From: Oscillospiraceae bacterium
GTDB lineage: Bacteria > Bacillota > Clostridia > Monoglobales > WRAG01
Length of the DNA: 64,000 bases
Direction: 5' to 3'
Assembly (NCBI GenBank): GCA_009780345.1
Contig: WRAG01000004.1
Location: 19,826 to 83,825 of the forward strand
The notes below the pieces were generated by a model. That model saw only the letters and a list, made by a program, of their open reading frames with translations. It had not been told where the DNA came from and searched no databases. The stretch's first letter is position 1. Each line of letters begins with the position of its first letter. This document shows positions 53,494 through 63,532 of the stretch, piece after piece. The translations under genes and the position numbers were made by a program.

Positions 53494-53787
53494 GAAAATT
53501 TCTCCGAAATGCTTGACAAGGTTGGGGGGAATGGTGTATAATAAAGACATAAGAAGGCAGGACCGAAATCGGTTAGTCCAAGATATAGCTAAATAGCCGC
53601 TACAACCGGGATGTTGGGGGCGGCTATTTTCTTATGATTAAAACGAGTATTAAAAGTATCGTTAAGTAAAATATGTACTCTCCCATAAGAACCACCTCCT
53701 TCCTAAGAAGTTCAAACGGTGGACTAACCTATCCCTACCCTGCCTTAAACTCTATTCTACATTATTCTCCTTGGTTCGTCAATGATT

Positions 53788-55185
53788 TTACACGTAATGT
53801 GTCCCATTCTCCATATCCACTAAATCTTGGTCGATTTTATATTTTTGCGCGCGGCGATATTCGAAAAACTTCACCGCAACTTGATCGAACAGCGCGTATG
53901 ATAAAACATCCTCGTCCTGCTCGATATATTCTTTGATTTGCTCGCGCATTGCGTCAAGTTCGGGCGCGATTAAGTCCGCAGGGCGGCAGGTTATAACTTC
54001 CTCGTCGCCGATTATTTTCTTGCGCAACTCGTCTGAAATTTGCACCGGCGTTTTGCCGTATTCGCCTTTTACCAGTCCTTTCGTCTCTTTCGAACACATT
54101 TTGTAGCGCTCGCCCATTACGACGTTGAGCATCGCTTGCGTTCCTACGATTTGGCTTGTCGGCGTGACAAGCGGCGGGAAGCCGAGATCTTCTTTCACGC
54201 GCGGCACTTCTTTGAGCACTTCTTCGTACTTATCTTCGCAGTTTTGCTGCTTCAACTGTGAAATTAGGTTGGACAACATTCCGCCGGGGACTTGGTAGAG
54301 TAACGTGTTGATATCCACCGCAAGAGATTTTGTGTCCAAAACGCCACTCGCTAAATATTTATCCCTAATCGGGCGGAAGTAGTCGGCGCACTCGTTTAAC
54401 GCCGCCAAGTCGAGTCCTGTGTCGTACTCGGTTCCTTGCAACGTCGCAACGATGGTTTCGGTCGGCGGTTGCGAGGTTCCCATTGAAAACGGAGACAGCG
54501 CGCAGTCAACGATGTCAACGCCCGCCTCGATTGCTTTCAAGTAGGTCATTGACGCGAGCCCGCTTGTGTAATGCGTATGCAAATCTATCGGGATTTTTAC
54601 GTTTTCTTTGATTCCTTTCACCAAATCGTAGGCGATGTAAGGCGTCAAAAGCCCTGCCATATCTTTGATACAGATGGAATCAGCGCCCATGTCTTCGAGC
54701 TGTTTCGCGAGCGTTACGAACGATTCGATGTCGTGAGCCGGGCTGATGGTATAGCAGACTGTGCCTTGGACGTGTCCGCGTTCCTTTTTCGCCGCGTTGA
54801 TGGCGGTTTGGAGGTTGCGAACGTCGTTTAGCGCGTCGAAAATTCGGATTATATCGATTCCGTTGGCGATGGATTTTTGCACGAAATATTCCACCACATC
54901 ATCGGCGTAATTTTTGTATCCCAATATATTTTGCCCGCGGAAAAGCATCTGAAGCTTGGTGTTTTTCGCCTCCGCGCGGATTTTGCGTAATCGCTCCCAC
55001 GGATCTTCGTTTAGGAATCGCAAACAAGCGTCAAAAGTCGCGCCACCCCACGCTTCAAGCGCGTGATAGCCGATTTTATCGAGTTTTGAAACGATGGGAA
55101 GCATTTCTTCGGTTGTCATGCGCGTCGCGATTAGACATTGGTGCGCGTCGCGTAAGATGGTTTCCATAATTTTAACTTTTGCCAT
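53788..55185 (-). CDS. Pyruvate/oxaloacetate carboxyltransferase (transcarboxylase 5S / OadA-like, no biotinyl domain)
   Basis: Start MAKVKIMETILRDAHQCLIATRM at 55185 after AGGAGGAA. LRDAHQS-type motif and TIM-barrel blocks. The track N-terminal extension runs into repeat DNA. Confidence 0.85.
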   Translation of the reverse strand: MAKVKIMETILRDAHQCLIATRMTTEEMLPIVSKLDKIGYHALEAWGGATFDACLRFLNEDPWERLRKIRAEAKNTKLQMLFRGQNILGYKNYADDVVEYFVQKSIANGIDIIRIFDALNDVRNLQTAINAAKKERGHVQGTVCYTISPAHDIESFVTLAKQLEDMGADSICIKDMAGLLTPYIAYDLVKGIKENVKIPIDLHTHYTSGLASMTYLKAIEAGVDIVDCALSPFSMGTSQPPTETIVATLQGTEYDTGLDLAALNECADYFRPIRDKYLASGVLDTKSLAVDINTLLYQVPGGMLSNLISQLKQQNCEDKYEEVLKEVPRVKEDLGFPPLVTPTSQIVGTQAMLNVVMGERYKMCSKETKGLVKGEYGKTPVQISDELRKKIIGDEEVITCRPADLIAPELDAMREQIKEYIEQDEDVLSYALFDQVAVKFFEYRRAQKYKIDQDLVDMENGTHYV

Positions 55186-55199
55186 AATTTCCTCCTTTT

Positions 55200-55714
55200 G
55201 CGCCCTGCAGCGAGGGGGCTTTTGCCGCTGCGGCGGCAGGCATTGCGCGAGCGAGCGCAGGCTTTTTCGGGTCCGTCCCGAAGGCTTATGACCTGCCGGT
55301 CGGGCATTAAGGACTCTGCCCTTAATAATCCCGGTCACCTATGGACGCAAACGCAAACTACGCGATTTGCGCCAAAGCCGGCGACGATAAAAGCATTAGT
55401 TAGCTAACCGCTTACGCGGAAAAAGTGCTGAGATATAACGCCGTTTCAGTCAAGCATGCGGCTTTTGCCGCTGTAGGTATTAAACTGAGAGGATATTGTT
55501 CGCAGTCCTTATATAGCGGCACGCTTTTAATAGCGCCATAGCGCGTTTGCGCCGCAAGTTTTTGATAAAACTTTTTCTAAAAAGTTTTTCGGGGCTTGAC
55601 AAGGGCTACGACTAGTCCTTGTCGCTATGCGGCAGTAACCGCAAAAGGTTTTTAGGGCAAAGTCCTAAATAAAAACCATGCGCCCGAAGGGCGCAAATAT
55701 GCGCTTGTAAGCGC
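55200..55714. repeat. R1 GC-rich hairpin-array repeat, copy C (inside the carboxyltransferase operon)
   Basis: 55440-55714 aligns nearly base-for-base with 36820-37112. The terminal hairpin GCGCTTGTAAGCGC is 5 nt from the BCCP stop. Confidence 0.8.
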
Positions 55715-55718
55715 GCAA

Positions 55719-56090
55719 CTATCCTATCGATACCAATATATCGCCGTTGTTTACTGCACTACCGGCGGAAACGTTGATGCTTGCGACGGTTCCCGCGCTT
55801 GGCGCCATAATTTCGTTTTCCATTTTCATCGCTTCTAGTATGCAAAGCACGTCGCCCGCCGCGACAGTATCGCCAACGTTGACGTTTACCGATATGATAT
55901 TGCCCGGCATTGGCGCGGTAACGCTTGCTGCGCCTGCGGGCGGCGCGGCAGTTTGCGCGGCAGCGGGTTTCGGAGCCGCCGATGGCGCGGGCGCGGGTGG
56001 AGCGGCACTTGCCGCAGGCGCCGTTGTGCCTACCTCTTCTACTTCTACCTCGTATGTGTTGCCGTTTACGGTTATTTTATATTTCTTCAT
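55719..56090 (-). CDS. Biotin carboxyl carrier protein (1.3S-type)
   Basis: Ala/Pro linker and biotinylation motif CILEAMKMENEI. Confidence 0.85.
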   Translation of the reverse strand: MKKYKITVNGNTYEVEVEEVGTTAPAASAAPPAPAPSAAPKPAAAQTAAPPAGAASVTAPMPGNIISVNVNVGDTVAAGDVLCILEAMKMENEIMAPSAGTVASINVSAGSAVNNGDILVSIG

Positions 56091-56102
56091 TATGTAAACC
56101 TC

Positions 56103-56285
56103 CTAGAATCGTGAATTCATTATATCCGCGCGACCTGCTTTGCTCCATGCGGGGGTGGTATCATGGATTCGCTTGTATGAGTTGATTTTCAAGTTATATG
56201 CCGACGTGTTCATATTTGCCGCAATTGCAGCGGTAAGAACGGCGATTAGTTCGGTGTCGTTCGGTTTTTTCGCGTCTGTTTTCAT
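56103..56285 (-). CDS. Small OadG-like subunit (tentative)
   Basis: 60 aa with ..ELIAVLTAAIAANM..; position between the 12S and BCCP genes. Confidence 0.45.
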   Translation of the reverse strand: MKTDAKKPNDTELIAVLTAAIAANMNTSAYNLKINSYKRIHDTTPAWSKAGRADIMNSRF

Positions 56286-56305
56286 GTTATATACGCCTCC
56301 TTATG

Positions 56306-56516
56306 AATTTGTGTCAAATTGCGTAATATTTCGTAGAAAGCGTGATGGAGCGTGTATAACAGATACCCGACATCGCGTTTTCGGTGGGCGGTCAACTGCA
56401 TCAAATCACACTTCGTCCAAATACGACTCGTGTTCTTTGGCAGTTTTCACAGGGGAGTTATTAGCGAAATCAAGATTTCAATAACTCTCCCAAGATTGCG
56501 TGATTTCACGCAAATT
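56306..56516. repeat. R3 hairpin element, copy c
   Basis: AATTTGTGTCAAATTGCGTAATATTTCG ... AGATTGCGTGATTTCACGCAAATT. The right end overlaps the stop codon of the 12S gene by 2 nt. Confidence 0.7.
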
Positions 56517-58056
56517 ATAGGGGAATGTTGCCGTGTTTTTTGCTCGGTCGGGTTTCGCGCTTGCTTGCAAGCATTTCAAGGACGGAGATGATTCTTGGGC
56601 GAGTTTCGGATGGCTCAATTACATCGTCAACGTAGCCGCGCGCCGCGGCGACGTAAGGATTTGCGAACTTTTCACGATATTCCTTGATTTTTTCGTTTCG
56701 CGCCGCGATTGGATCATCACTTGCGGCGATGTCCTTGCGGAATATGATATTTGCCGCGCCGTCGGGACCCATAACCGCGATCTCAGCCGTCGGCCACGCG
56801 AACACCATGTCGGCGCCGAGATGCTTGCTGTTCATCGCGATATACGCGCCGCCGTAAGCTTTGCGGACGATTACGTTGATTTTCGGCACGCTTGCCTCGG
56901 AGAACGCGAAAAGCAGTTTCGCGCCGTGGCGGATGATTCCGCTGTGCTCCTGCGCGACGCCGGGGAGGTAGCCCGGAACGTCGGTGAGGGTTACAATCGG
57001 GATGTTGAAGCAGTCGCAGAAACGCACGAACCGCGCGGCTTTGTCGCTTGAGTCCACATCCAACGAACCCGCGACGAACTTCGGTTGATTAGCGATAATT
57101 CCGATCGTCGCGCCGTTCATTCGCGCGAAGCCGACGACGATGTTTTGCGCGAAGTGTTTATGCACTTCGAAAAACTCTCCGCCGTCAACGATTTCGGTGA
57201 TGATGTCAACTGTATTGTACGGCTTGTTCGCACCTTCCGGGATGACTTCTTCAAGTTTCGTCGATGTACGGTTCAAATCGTCGGCACACTCGTAATATGG
57301 CGCGCTTTCGAGATTGTTTGACGGCAGGTAGGCGATCAACTGCTTTACCTGCGCGAAGCAGTCGTCCTCGCTTTGGCATCTGAAATGCGCAACGCCGGAC
57401 TTGCCGCTGTGCGGCTCCGCGCCGCCAAGTTCGTTAAATCCAACGTCCTCGCCTGTTACCGCCTTGATAACCGACGGGCCGGTGATAAACATTTGGCTGG
57501 TGTTGTCCACCATAAACACGAAGTCGCAAATTGCGGGCGAGTAAACCGCGCCGCCCGCGCAGGGGCCGAGGATTACCGAGATTTGCGGGATTACGCCGGA
57601 CGATTGTGTGTTACGGCGGAAGATTTCGCCGAAGCCTTTGAGGGCGTCGAGCCCTTCTTGAATCCGCGCGCCGCCCGAATCGTTGATTCCCACAATCGGT
57701 GCGCCCATTTTAAGCGCCATATCCATAACTTTGCAGATTTTCGCCGCGTGCATTTCGCCTAAGCTTCCGCCGATTACTGTGAAATCTTGCGCGTAAACGT
57801 AAATAAGCCGTCCGTCGACGGTTCCGTAGCCTGTGACGACGCCCTCGCCGGGGATTTTCGACTTTTCCATGCCGAACTCGCTGCAACGATGCGTTACATA
57901 CGCGTCAATTTCGATGAAACTTCCCTCGTCAAGCAGCATTTCGATTCGTTCGCGGGCGGTTTTCTTGCCCGAGTCGTGCTGTTTCTTTATTTTATCTTCG
58001 CCGCCACCAAGTTCGATCGCGCGGCGTTTTTCGCGTAGTTCCGTGATTTTGTTCAT
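56515..58056 (-). CDS. Methylmalonyl-CoA carboxyltransferase 12S / MmdA-type acyl-CoA carboxylase beta subunit
   Basis: Start MNKITELREKRRAIELGGGEDKI at 58056 after AAGGAGG. ..GRLIYVYAQDFTVIGGSLGE.. and ..IGIIANQP... Confidence 0.9.
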   Translation of the reverse strand: MNKITELREKRRAIELGGGEDKIKKQHDSGKKTARERIEMLLDEGSFIEIDAYVTHRCSEFGMEKSKIPGEGVVTGYGTVDGRLIYVYAQDFTVIGGSLGEMHAAKICKVMDMALKMGAPIVGINDSGGARIQEGLDALKGFGEIFRRNTQSSGVIPQISVILGPCAGGAVYSPAICDFVFMVDNTSQMFITGPSVIKAVTGEDVGFNELGGAEPHSGKSGVAHFRCQSEDDCFAQVKQLIAYLPSNNLESAPYYECADDLNRTSTKLEEVIPEGANKPYNTVDIITEIVDGGEFFEVHKHFAQNIVVGFARMNGATIGIIANQPKFVAGSLDVDSSDKAARFVRFCDCFNIPIVTLTDVPGYLPGVAQEHSGIIRHGAKLLFAFSEASVPKINVIVRKAYGGAYIAMNSKHLGADMVFAWPTAEIAVMGPDGAANIIFRKDIAASDDPIAARNEKIKEYREKFANPYVAAARGYVDDVIEPSETRPRIISVLEMLASKRETRPSKKHGNIPL

Positions 58057-58075
58057 GTGGTTTACCTCCTTTTGC

Positions 58076-58554
58076 CGCGGTGCGGCGGGGTGTCTTGCGC
58101 TGACAAGCGCATATGTGCGGCGGCTGCCGCATAGCGACAAGGGCTAATCGTAGCCCTTGTCAAGCCCCGAAAATTTTTTCACAAAAAATTTAGTAAAACT
58201 TGCGGCGCAAACGCGCTATTGCGCTATCAAAAACGCGCCGCGAAAATAGTGCATACAATTTGCCTCTCAGTTTAATGCCTACGGCGGCAAAAGCCGCATG
58301 CTCGACTGAAAACAGTGCTATATCTCGCTAGTCTTTCCGCGTATGCGGTTCGCAAACTTTGGTCGCCCTCATGCCAGACGAGCACACACGCGCCTTTTGC
58401 GTGGGTCGGCGGCATAGTGGCGACGGTTTGATAAAACTTTGCCGTCAAAGTTTTTTGGGGATTGACAAGGGTTTCAATAAACCCTTGTCGTCCTGCCCTG
58501 ACAAGGGCAAATGCTACAGAGCCTCGCTCTGATAAAGCCTGCCGCCTTAGCGGC
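58076..58554. repeat. R1 GC-rich hairpin-array repeat, copy D (inverted unit plus short forward unit)
   Basis: 58097-58330 is the reverse complement of the B/C core. 58420-58500 is a forward partial unit with GACAAGGGTTTcaatAAACCCTTGTC. Confidence 0.8.
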
Positions 58555-58555
58555 A

Positions 58556-58960
58556 CTAATAACAATTCGGTTCAAAATAATCAATCAGATCCAACACAAA
58601 CTTGTCCGATTTTACATCATATTCAAACTTCAACATTTCTAGAATCTCTTTATTTTCGGTGTCACTTGAGTATACCAAATGAATGCCGCGTCTGTCAATA
58701 AAATTTAGGATTCCGTTTCCGATAACGAAGTTGAACTCCTTATCGTTTAAGGCTTTCGTACTATCTTTCCATACTATTTTTTCGATTTCGGCGGTTTTGT
58801 CGGGGTGGAATTTTAATACCACGATAGCGGATAGTTCGTCATCGTCGTAACCCTTGAGCAGCAGCGAGTACGGCTCAAGAACGACGTCGCTTTGCCACTG
58901 TTTTAGGCTTTGCTTTAGCCCAGCCCGCTCGTTTGGTTCGGCTGGTGTTAGTTTTATCAC
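58556..58960 (-). CDS. Hypothetical protein
   Basis: 134-aa ORF with no motif recognised. The annotated start overlaps the upstream gene by 86 nt, so the true start may be further in. Confidence 0.4.
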   Translation of the reverse strand: MIKLTPAEPNERAGLKQSLKQWQSDVVLEPYSLLLKGYDDDELSAIVVLKFHPDKTAEIEKIVWKDSTKALNDKEFNFVIGNGILNFIDRRGIHLVYSSDTENKEILEMLKFEYDVKSDKFVLDLIDYFEPNCY

Positions 58961-59675
58961 GTTTTATTCCGCCTTTTTTGAGAAGATTTACTTCCGATTC
59001 GCTTAACTGCCGCCATTTTCCCAGCGCGATTTTGCCGACGGCAACGCCGCCCTCCTGCGTTCGGCGCAGCTTGTTGACGCTTAGCCCGACAGCCTCGAAC
59101 ATGTTACGAACCTGCCGATTTTTGCCTTCGTGAATGGTGATTTCGATTTTAGTTCCGTATTGCGTCGCGCCTTTGATTTCAACCTTTGCGGGGCTTGTAC
59201 GTTGTCCCTCCAACTCAATTCCGTTTCGCAAACTTTCGATGATTTCCATCGTTACGTTGCCCGAAACGTGGGCGATATAGGTTTTTTCAACGTTATGCTT
59301 CGGGTGGGTGAGTGTATAGGTGAAATCGCCGTCGTTGGTCATGAAAAGTAGGCCCTCGGTATCATAATCAAGCCGACCGACGGGATAAATCCTGTGCGGA
59401 ATGTCGGAAACGAGATCCATCACCGTTTTGCGGCCGCGATCGTCGGACACTGTGGTGATGTAGCCGACAGGCTTGTTTAGGACGATATAAATTTTCTTAT
59501 TCGTCGAATACACCGGCTTGCCGTCAACTTCGACTTCGGGAGCGTCAGGGTTGATTTGCACGCCCATTTCTGTGACGACTTCGCCGTTGACTCTGACTCT
59601 TCCACGTTTTATCATTTCTTCAGCATGTCGGCGTGAAGCGACGCCGGCGTGGGCTAAGTATTTTTGCAATCTCAT
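58875..59675 (-). CDS. Pseudouridine synthase (RsuA/RluB family) with S4 domain
   Basis: MRLQKYLAHAGVASRRHAEEMIKRGRVRVNG (S4) and ..VGRLDYDTEGLL.. (catalytic Asp). Basic tail. Confidence 0.85.
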   Translation of the reverse strand: MRLQKYLAHAGVASRRHAEEMIKRGRVRVNGEVVTEMGVQINPDAPEVEVDGKPVYSTNKKIYIVLNKPVGYITTVSDDRGRKTVMDLVSDIPHRIYPVGRLDYDTEGLLFMTNDGDFTYTLTHPKHNVEKTYIAHVSGNVTMEIIESLRNGIELEGQRTSPAKVEIKGATQYGTKIEITIHEGKNRQVRNMFEAVGLSVNKLRRTQEGGVAVGKIALGKWRQLSESEVNLLKKGGIKRDKTNTSRTKRAGWAKAKPKTVAKRRRS

Positions 59676-59686
59676 AAGTTATACCA

Positions 59687-59799
59687 CTTTCCATATGCTT
59701 GAATCAATTTACGCACACTTCCGACTTTTCCCTCCCTTGCGTGTACACGACACGCGGCGGTCAGTCCAAAATCGAAATTGCACGCAAATTGATTCAAGC
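59687..59799. repeat. R3-related hairpin element, copy d (divergent ends)
   Basis: GCTTGAATCAATTTACGCACACTTCCG ... CGAAATTGCACGCAAATTGATTCAAGC, just upstream of the pseudouridine synthase RBS. Confidence 0.6.
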
Positions 59800-59925
59800 T
59801 AAAAATTTTATATAAAGATATTTTACCACAAACTTCCTGCTTGGTCAATTAAATTCTTGACATTTAGGCTGTTTTATGGCAAAATTTAAGTGTCGTAAGT
59901 TTGACAAGTTAGCTGTTTTTTCGTT

Positions 59926-60219
59926 GTGGATATTTTTGTATGCTTTATTTTCCGCTTTTATCGCATATTATTACGCAGTTTTCGGAAATTCGCACCGATA
60001 CATGGTGCTTATGCTTATATCAATGGTTTAGTGTTGCTAACTTCTGTGCTTTTTTCCGCGCCGTATAATATCTTGCTTGGGGTTGTTGCTTTCAATCCGC
60101 TGCAATTGCTGATAAGCGCGATCGGGTTTGCTTTGATTAACTTTTTTGTGTCTACGTTTGGGTACGTTGTTACCGTTAGTGTTTATCGGAGATTAGCGAA
60201 GAATCAAATTCATATGTGA
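59926..60219 (+). CDS. Possible small membrane protein
   Basis: 97 aa with a GTG start and 3 hydrophobic segments. 4-nt overlap with the next gene. Confidence 0.3.
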   Translation: MDIFVCFIFRFYRILLRSFRKFAPIHGAYAYINGLVLLTSVLFSAPYNILLGVVAFNPLQLLISAIGFALINFFVSTFGYVVTVSVYRRLAKNQIHM

Positions 60220-61454
60220 GGAGGATTGCTATGCACACTTGGGAAAGAGAGATAATTCGTGAGTTGGCGAAGGAGAGGTTGGAAATCAGCCGGCTTCCTA
60301 TAATGGAGGAGCGCGCTAAGCTTTGGACGAAGCACAATGACTTGCAGGGCGAGCGTCCTATGATATTTTTCGAGCCGTGGACGATTGCGGACGTGGGATT
60401 TTTCTATAACCATATCAAATGCGAAACGCCTATGGCTGCAAGGCTTGAACGGTTGCTCGGCGGAGGTTTGGTGAACCATAAAATGATTGACGACGACCGC
60501 GTGGTGACTTCCGATTTCGTGTGTAAGTTCGACGTGTCGCTGTTGCCGTTTAATATGCCGATTAAGAAGGAGCAATCGACTGACGGGCTTGGGTTTCATA
60601 TTGTCGAGCAGATAAAAAGTTTGGAAGATACGAGCATTATCGCGCCGTCGAACATAAAAATTGATTTGGAGAGTTCGAAAGAATGGTTTGACTTCGTTCA
60701 AGACGCGATTGGCGATATTTTGCAGGTTCGGCACGGTATGGACGCGCTATACGCGCCGCTTACGAACGAGATTGTTCATCGTATGGGAATGGAAAATATG
60801 TATATGGAAATGTATGATAACCCTGACGGGTTTCATTATATGATGGATAGTTTGTCGAACGATTATGTTGCGTATTTTAGGCGGTTAGAGGCGGCGGGGG
60901 CGATTGTCGCGAACAACAAAAACGACTATCTCGCGCAGGGGAGTTGGGGGTTTTGCAGCGACTTGCCGAATGTTGCGAATACTGCTTCCGAGTGTTGGGG
61001 ATATATGGATTCGCAGGAGACTGTGTCCATTTCGCCGGATATGTTTCATGAGTTTTTCTTTCCTTATTATAAAAAGGTGGCTGACAATTTCGGATTGCTC
61101 TCTTACGGCTGCTGCGAGGCGGTTCACTCATTTTGGGATAAATCTTTGTCTAAGTTTGAGAACCTACGCAAGATTTCGATTTCGCCGTGGTGCGACGAGC
61201 GATTTATGGGCGAGAAGCTTGCGGGAAGTAATGTTATTTATCAGCGGAAGCCGAGCCCGAACTTTATCGGCGTTGACGTTGAGTTGAACGAGGACGGATT
61301 CAGAGAGCATATTCGCGCGACACTTAACGCGGCGAAGGGTTGTAAGTTGGAGATATCTTTTCGTGATGTTTATAATTTGAGCGGTAGGCTTAATAAGCCG
61401 CGGCGCGCGGTGGAGATTACGCGTGAGGAGATAGAGAATAACTGGCAGGTGTAA
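60216..61454 (+). CDS. Hypothetical protein (family not recognised)
   Basis: 412-aa ORF with normal composition and followed by a strong terminator. The start may be the internal MHTWERE. Confidence 0.5.
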   Translation: MRRIAMHTWEREIIRELAKERLEISRLPIMEERAKLWTKHNDLQGERPMIFFEPWTIADVGFFYNHIKCETPMAARLERLLGGGLVNHKMIDDDRVVTSDFVCKFDVSLLPFNMPIKKEQSTDGLGFHIVEQIKSLEDTSIIAPSNIKIDLESSKEWFDFVQDAIGDILQVRHGMDALYAPLTNEIVHRMGMENMYMEMYDNPDGFHYMMDSLSNDYVAYFRRLEAAGAIVANNKNDYLAQGSWGFCSDLPNVANTASECWGYMDSQETVSISPDMFHEFFFPYYKKVADNFGLLSYGCCEAVHSFWDKSLSKFENLRKISISPWCDERFMGEKLAGSNVIYQRKPSPNFIGVDVELNEDGFREHIRATLNAAKGCKLEISFRDVYNLSGRLNKPRRAVEITREEIENNWQV

Positions 61455-61465
61455 AAAATTAAAAT

Positions 61466-61497
61466 AAAAAAATGCCGCTCGAACGAGCGGCATTTTT
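61466..61497 (+). terminator. Intrinsic terminator
   Basis: AAAAAAATGCCGCTCG-aac-GAGCGGCATTTTT. Confidence 0.85.
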
Positions 61498-61510
61498 AGT
61501 ATGTATTTTG

Positions 61511-61639
61511 AAATTTGCGTCAAATTGCGTAAGATTTCGTCGAAACAAGAGGTGAAAAACCGCAGGCGTACATCAAGTACGTTGAGGATTTTTTGTCCTC
61601 GCAGTTTCGGCGAAAGATTGCGTGATTTGACGCAAATTT
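61511..61639. repeat. R3 hairpin element, copy e
   Basis: AAATTTGCGTCAAATTGCGTAAGATTTCGTCGAAAC ... GTTTCGGCGAAAGATTGCGTGATTTGACGCAAATTT. Ends 1 nt from the permease stop codon. Confidence 0.75.
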
Positions 61640-61640
61640 T

Positions 61641-62531
61641 TTAGCCTTTTACTGAGCCGATCATTACGCCTTTTGCGAAATATTTCTGCAAGAACGGATA
61701 TAGGCACAGGATTGGCACCGTTGCGATTATTATCATCGCGTATTGTATGGTCATTTGGATTTCCATAACATTAGCACCGTGTATATCTCCCGCCATCATA
61801 TCATCTGTCATTTGATTCAAAATAAGAATATTGCGTAATACAAGTTGCAACGGGAATAGGTTTTCATTTCTTATAAACAAGGCAGCGTGCAACCACGAAT
61901 TCCAATGAAATACGCCGTAGAACAGAACCATTACCGCAATTACCGCTTTTGAAAGCGGCAGTACAATTTTAAATAATATGGTCATGTGACCGGCTCCGTC
62001 TAACTCCGCCGATTCGGACAAACTTTCCGGAATTGCGGCGAATGACGTTCTCATTATTATAAGATTAAATGTACTTATCGCAGTCGGCAAGATAAGCGCC
62101 CAAAGTGAATCCAAAAGCCCGATTGCGTTAACAACAAGGAATAACGGAATAAATCCGCCTTGGAATATCATAGTTACAACGATTAACTTGCTAAAAGTCT
62201 TGTTCCAAAACACATCTTTGCGAGATAAAACATACGCGCCCACAGAAGTGAGCAAAATGTTTAAAGTAACACCGCCAACCAATATAATAAGAGTGTTTCT
62301 GTAACCTACCATTAATTGAGGATCACTAAAAACCCGCCCATAAGCAGCTAGATTAATGTTTCCAACGGGCCATAACAAGATACCTCTATGCCGAGCCAAA
62401 TCTCCGGCGCTTGAAAGCGACGACGCAAGCACATAAATAAGCGGATAAAGTGTCACCACTATCAAAAAAAGCATGAAAAGTATGTTAAAACCGTCAAAAA
62501 TCCGTTCACCGAAAGTCTTTCTCTGTATCAA
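61641..62531 (-). CDS. CUT1-family sugar ABC transporter permease (LplC-like)
   Basis: 296 aa with 6 TM helices. ..ESAELDGAGHMTILFKIVLPLSKAV.. (EAA loop). Confidence 0.85.
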   Translation of the reverse strand: MIQRKTFGERIFDGFNILFMLFLIVVTLYPLIYVLASSLSSAGDLARHRGILLWPVGNINLAAYGRVFSDPQLMVGYRNTLIILVGGVTLNILLTSVGAYVLSRKDVFWNKTFSKLIVVTMIFQGGFIPLFLVVNAIGLLDSLWALILPTAISTFNLIIMRTSFAAIPESLSESAELDGAGHMTILFKIVLPLSKAVIAVMVLFYGVFHWNSWLHAALFIRNENLFPLQLVLRNILILNQMTDDMMAGDIHGANVMEIQMTIQYAMIIIATVPILCLYPFLQKYFAKGVMIGSVKG

Positions 62532-62551
62532 GTCTTTTTCCCCCTATCGAT

Positions 62552-63532
62552 TTACCACAAGCTCGTCTCGCCAACTTTTCTACATATAAAGTTTGCTACT
62601 ATTATAATTGCAAAGTTAATAACGGAGTTAAACATAGCTATTGCACTTGTATAACCGGTGTGTTCTCTCGTAATACCCCAGTCAGTATTACCAAAATTCC
62701 TGTTAAACATATGAGTCGGGATAACTTCCGAAACGTGGAAGTTAAGCTGATTCTGCAACAGCAGGATTTCTTCAAATCCAACCGTCATTACTTGTCCGAC
62801 TCTTAAAATCAACATAATCGTGATGGTCGGTAATATTCCAGGCAATGTTACATGCCATAATTTTCTCATTCTTGACGCTCCGTCGATTTCCGCCGCCTCG
62901 TAAAGAGTCGGGTCAATTCCGGTAAGCGCAGCCAAATATACAATCGAACCCCAACCTATTGTTCTCCATATATTTGTTGTCACAAATATCGGAAGGAACA
63001 TACTAGGATTGTTTAACATATATTGTGGTTCAGTTCGGGTTATAAACGCCCACGCTTGGCTTATAATACCTCCGCTACCAGCGCTTACAAAAGTTATTAC
63101 CATTCCCGCCACAACAACAAGAGATATAAAGTGAGGCAAATATGTAATCGTTTGCGTAACGCGTGAGAATTTTTTGGATTTTAGCTCGTTTATCAGTAGC
63201 GCGAGAATAATTGGAGCCGGGAACCCTGCGATTATTGTCCACAAACTTATCCGTATGGTGTTTCCAAGAATCATCCCAAACCAAGGATGATTGAAAAACG
63301 CTCGAAAATTAGCGAACCCTACCCACGGAGCAGTCCACATATCGGTAATAATTCGCGTATCTCTGAACGCGGTTTGAAGTCCAACCATAGGACCATAATG
63401 AAATATAATATAATACACCAAAACAGGAAGCATCATTAAATATAGGGTATAATTCTTTGTCGCGTCCCGTTTTATCCTATATCCAAGGCTCAATTTTTTA
63501 TATTGAATTCCTAAATTTTTCTTGTTTGCCAT
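62552..63532 (-). CDS. CUT1-family sugar ABC transporter permease (LplB-like)
   Basis: ..YEAAEIDGASRMRKLWHVTLPGILPT... The N-terminus is typical of LplB-type permeases. Confidence 0.85.
   Translation of the reverse strand: MANKKNLGIQYKKLSLGYRIKRDATKNYTLYLMMLPVLVYYIIFHYGPMVGLQTAFRDTRIITDMWTAPWVGFANFRAFFNHPWFGMILGNTIRISLWTIIAGFPAPIILALLINELKSKKFSRVTQTITYLPHFISLVVVAGMVITFVSAGSGGIISQAWAFITRTEPQYMLNNPSMFLPIFVTTNIWRTIGWGSIVYLAALTGIDPTLYEAAEIDGASRMRKLWHVTLPGILPTITIMLILRVGQVMTVGFEEILLLQNQLNFHVSEVIPTHMFNRNFGNTDWGITREHTGYTSAIAMFNSVINFAIIIVANFICRKVGETSLW

Noticed and set aside
55186-55338. 51-codon N-terminal extension of the 5S carboxyltransferase ORF (similar extensions exist for 56515..58140 and 40335..40937)
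   Set aside because: The extensions read through R1/R3 repeat DNA. In each case a strong RBS precedes an internal Met where the conserved N-terminus begins (55185, 58056, 40512).
26187-58554. Possibility that the R1/R2/R3 repeats form a CRISPR array
   Set aside because: There are no regularly spaced identical short repeats with unique spacers. Units are long, dispersed over 30 kb, occur in both orientations and are internally palindromic. No cas genes are present.
58272-58565. 97-aa ORF (and 36462..36779, 26203..26588) inside R1 repeats as a possible conserved repeat-encoded peptide
   Set aside because: The reading frames are not conserved between repeat copies. Copies differ by indels and compensatory stem changes rather than synonymous changes.
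58875-58960. 86-nt overlap between the pseudouridine synthase gene and the downstream 134-aa ORF as a programmed overlap
   Set aside because: A mis-called start of the downstream ORF or an over-long basic tail is more likely. I cannot decide without homolog alignment.
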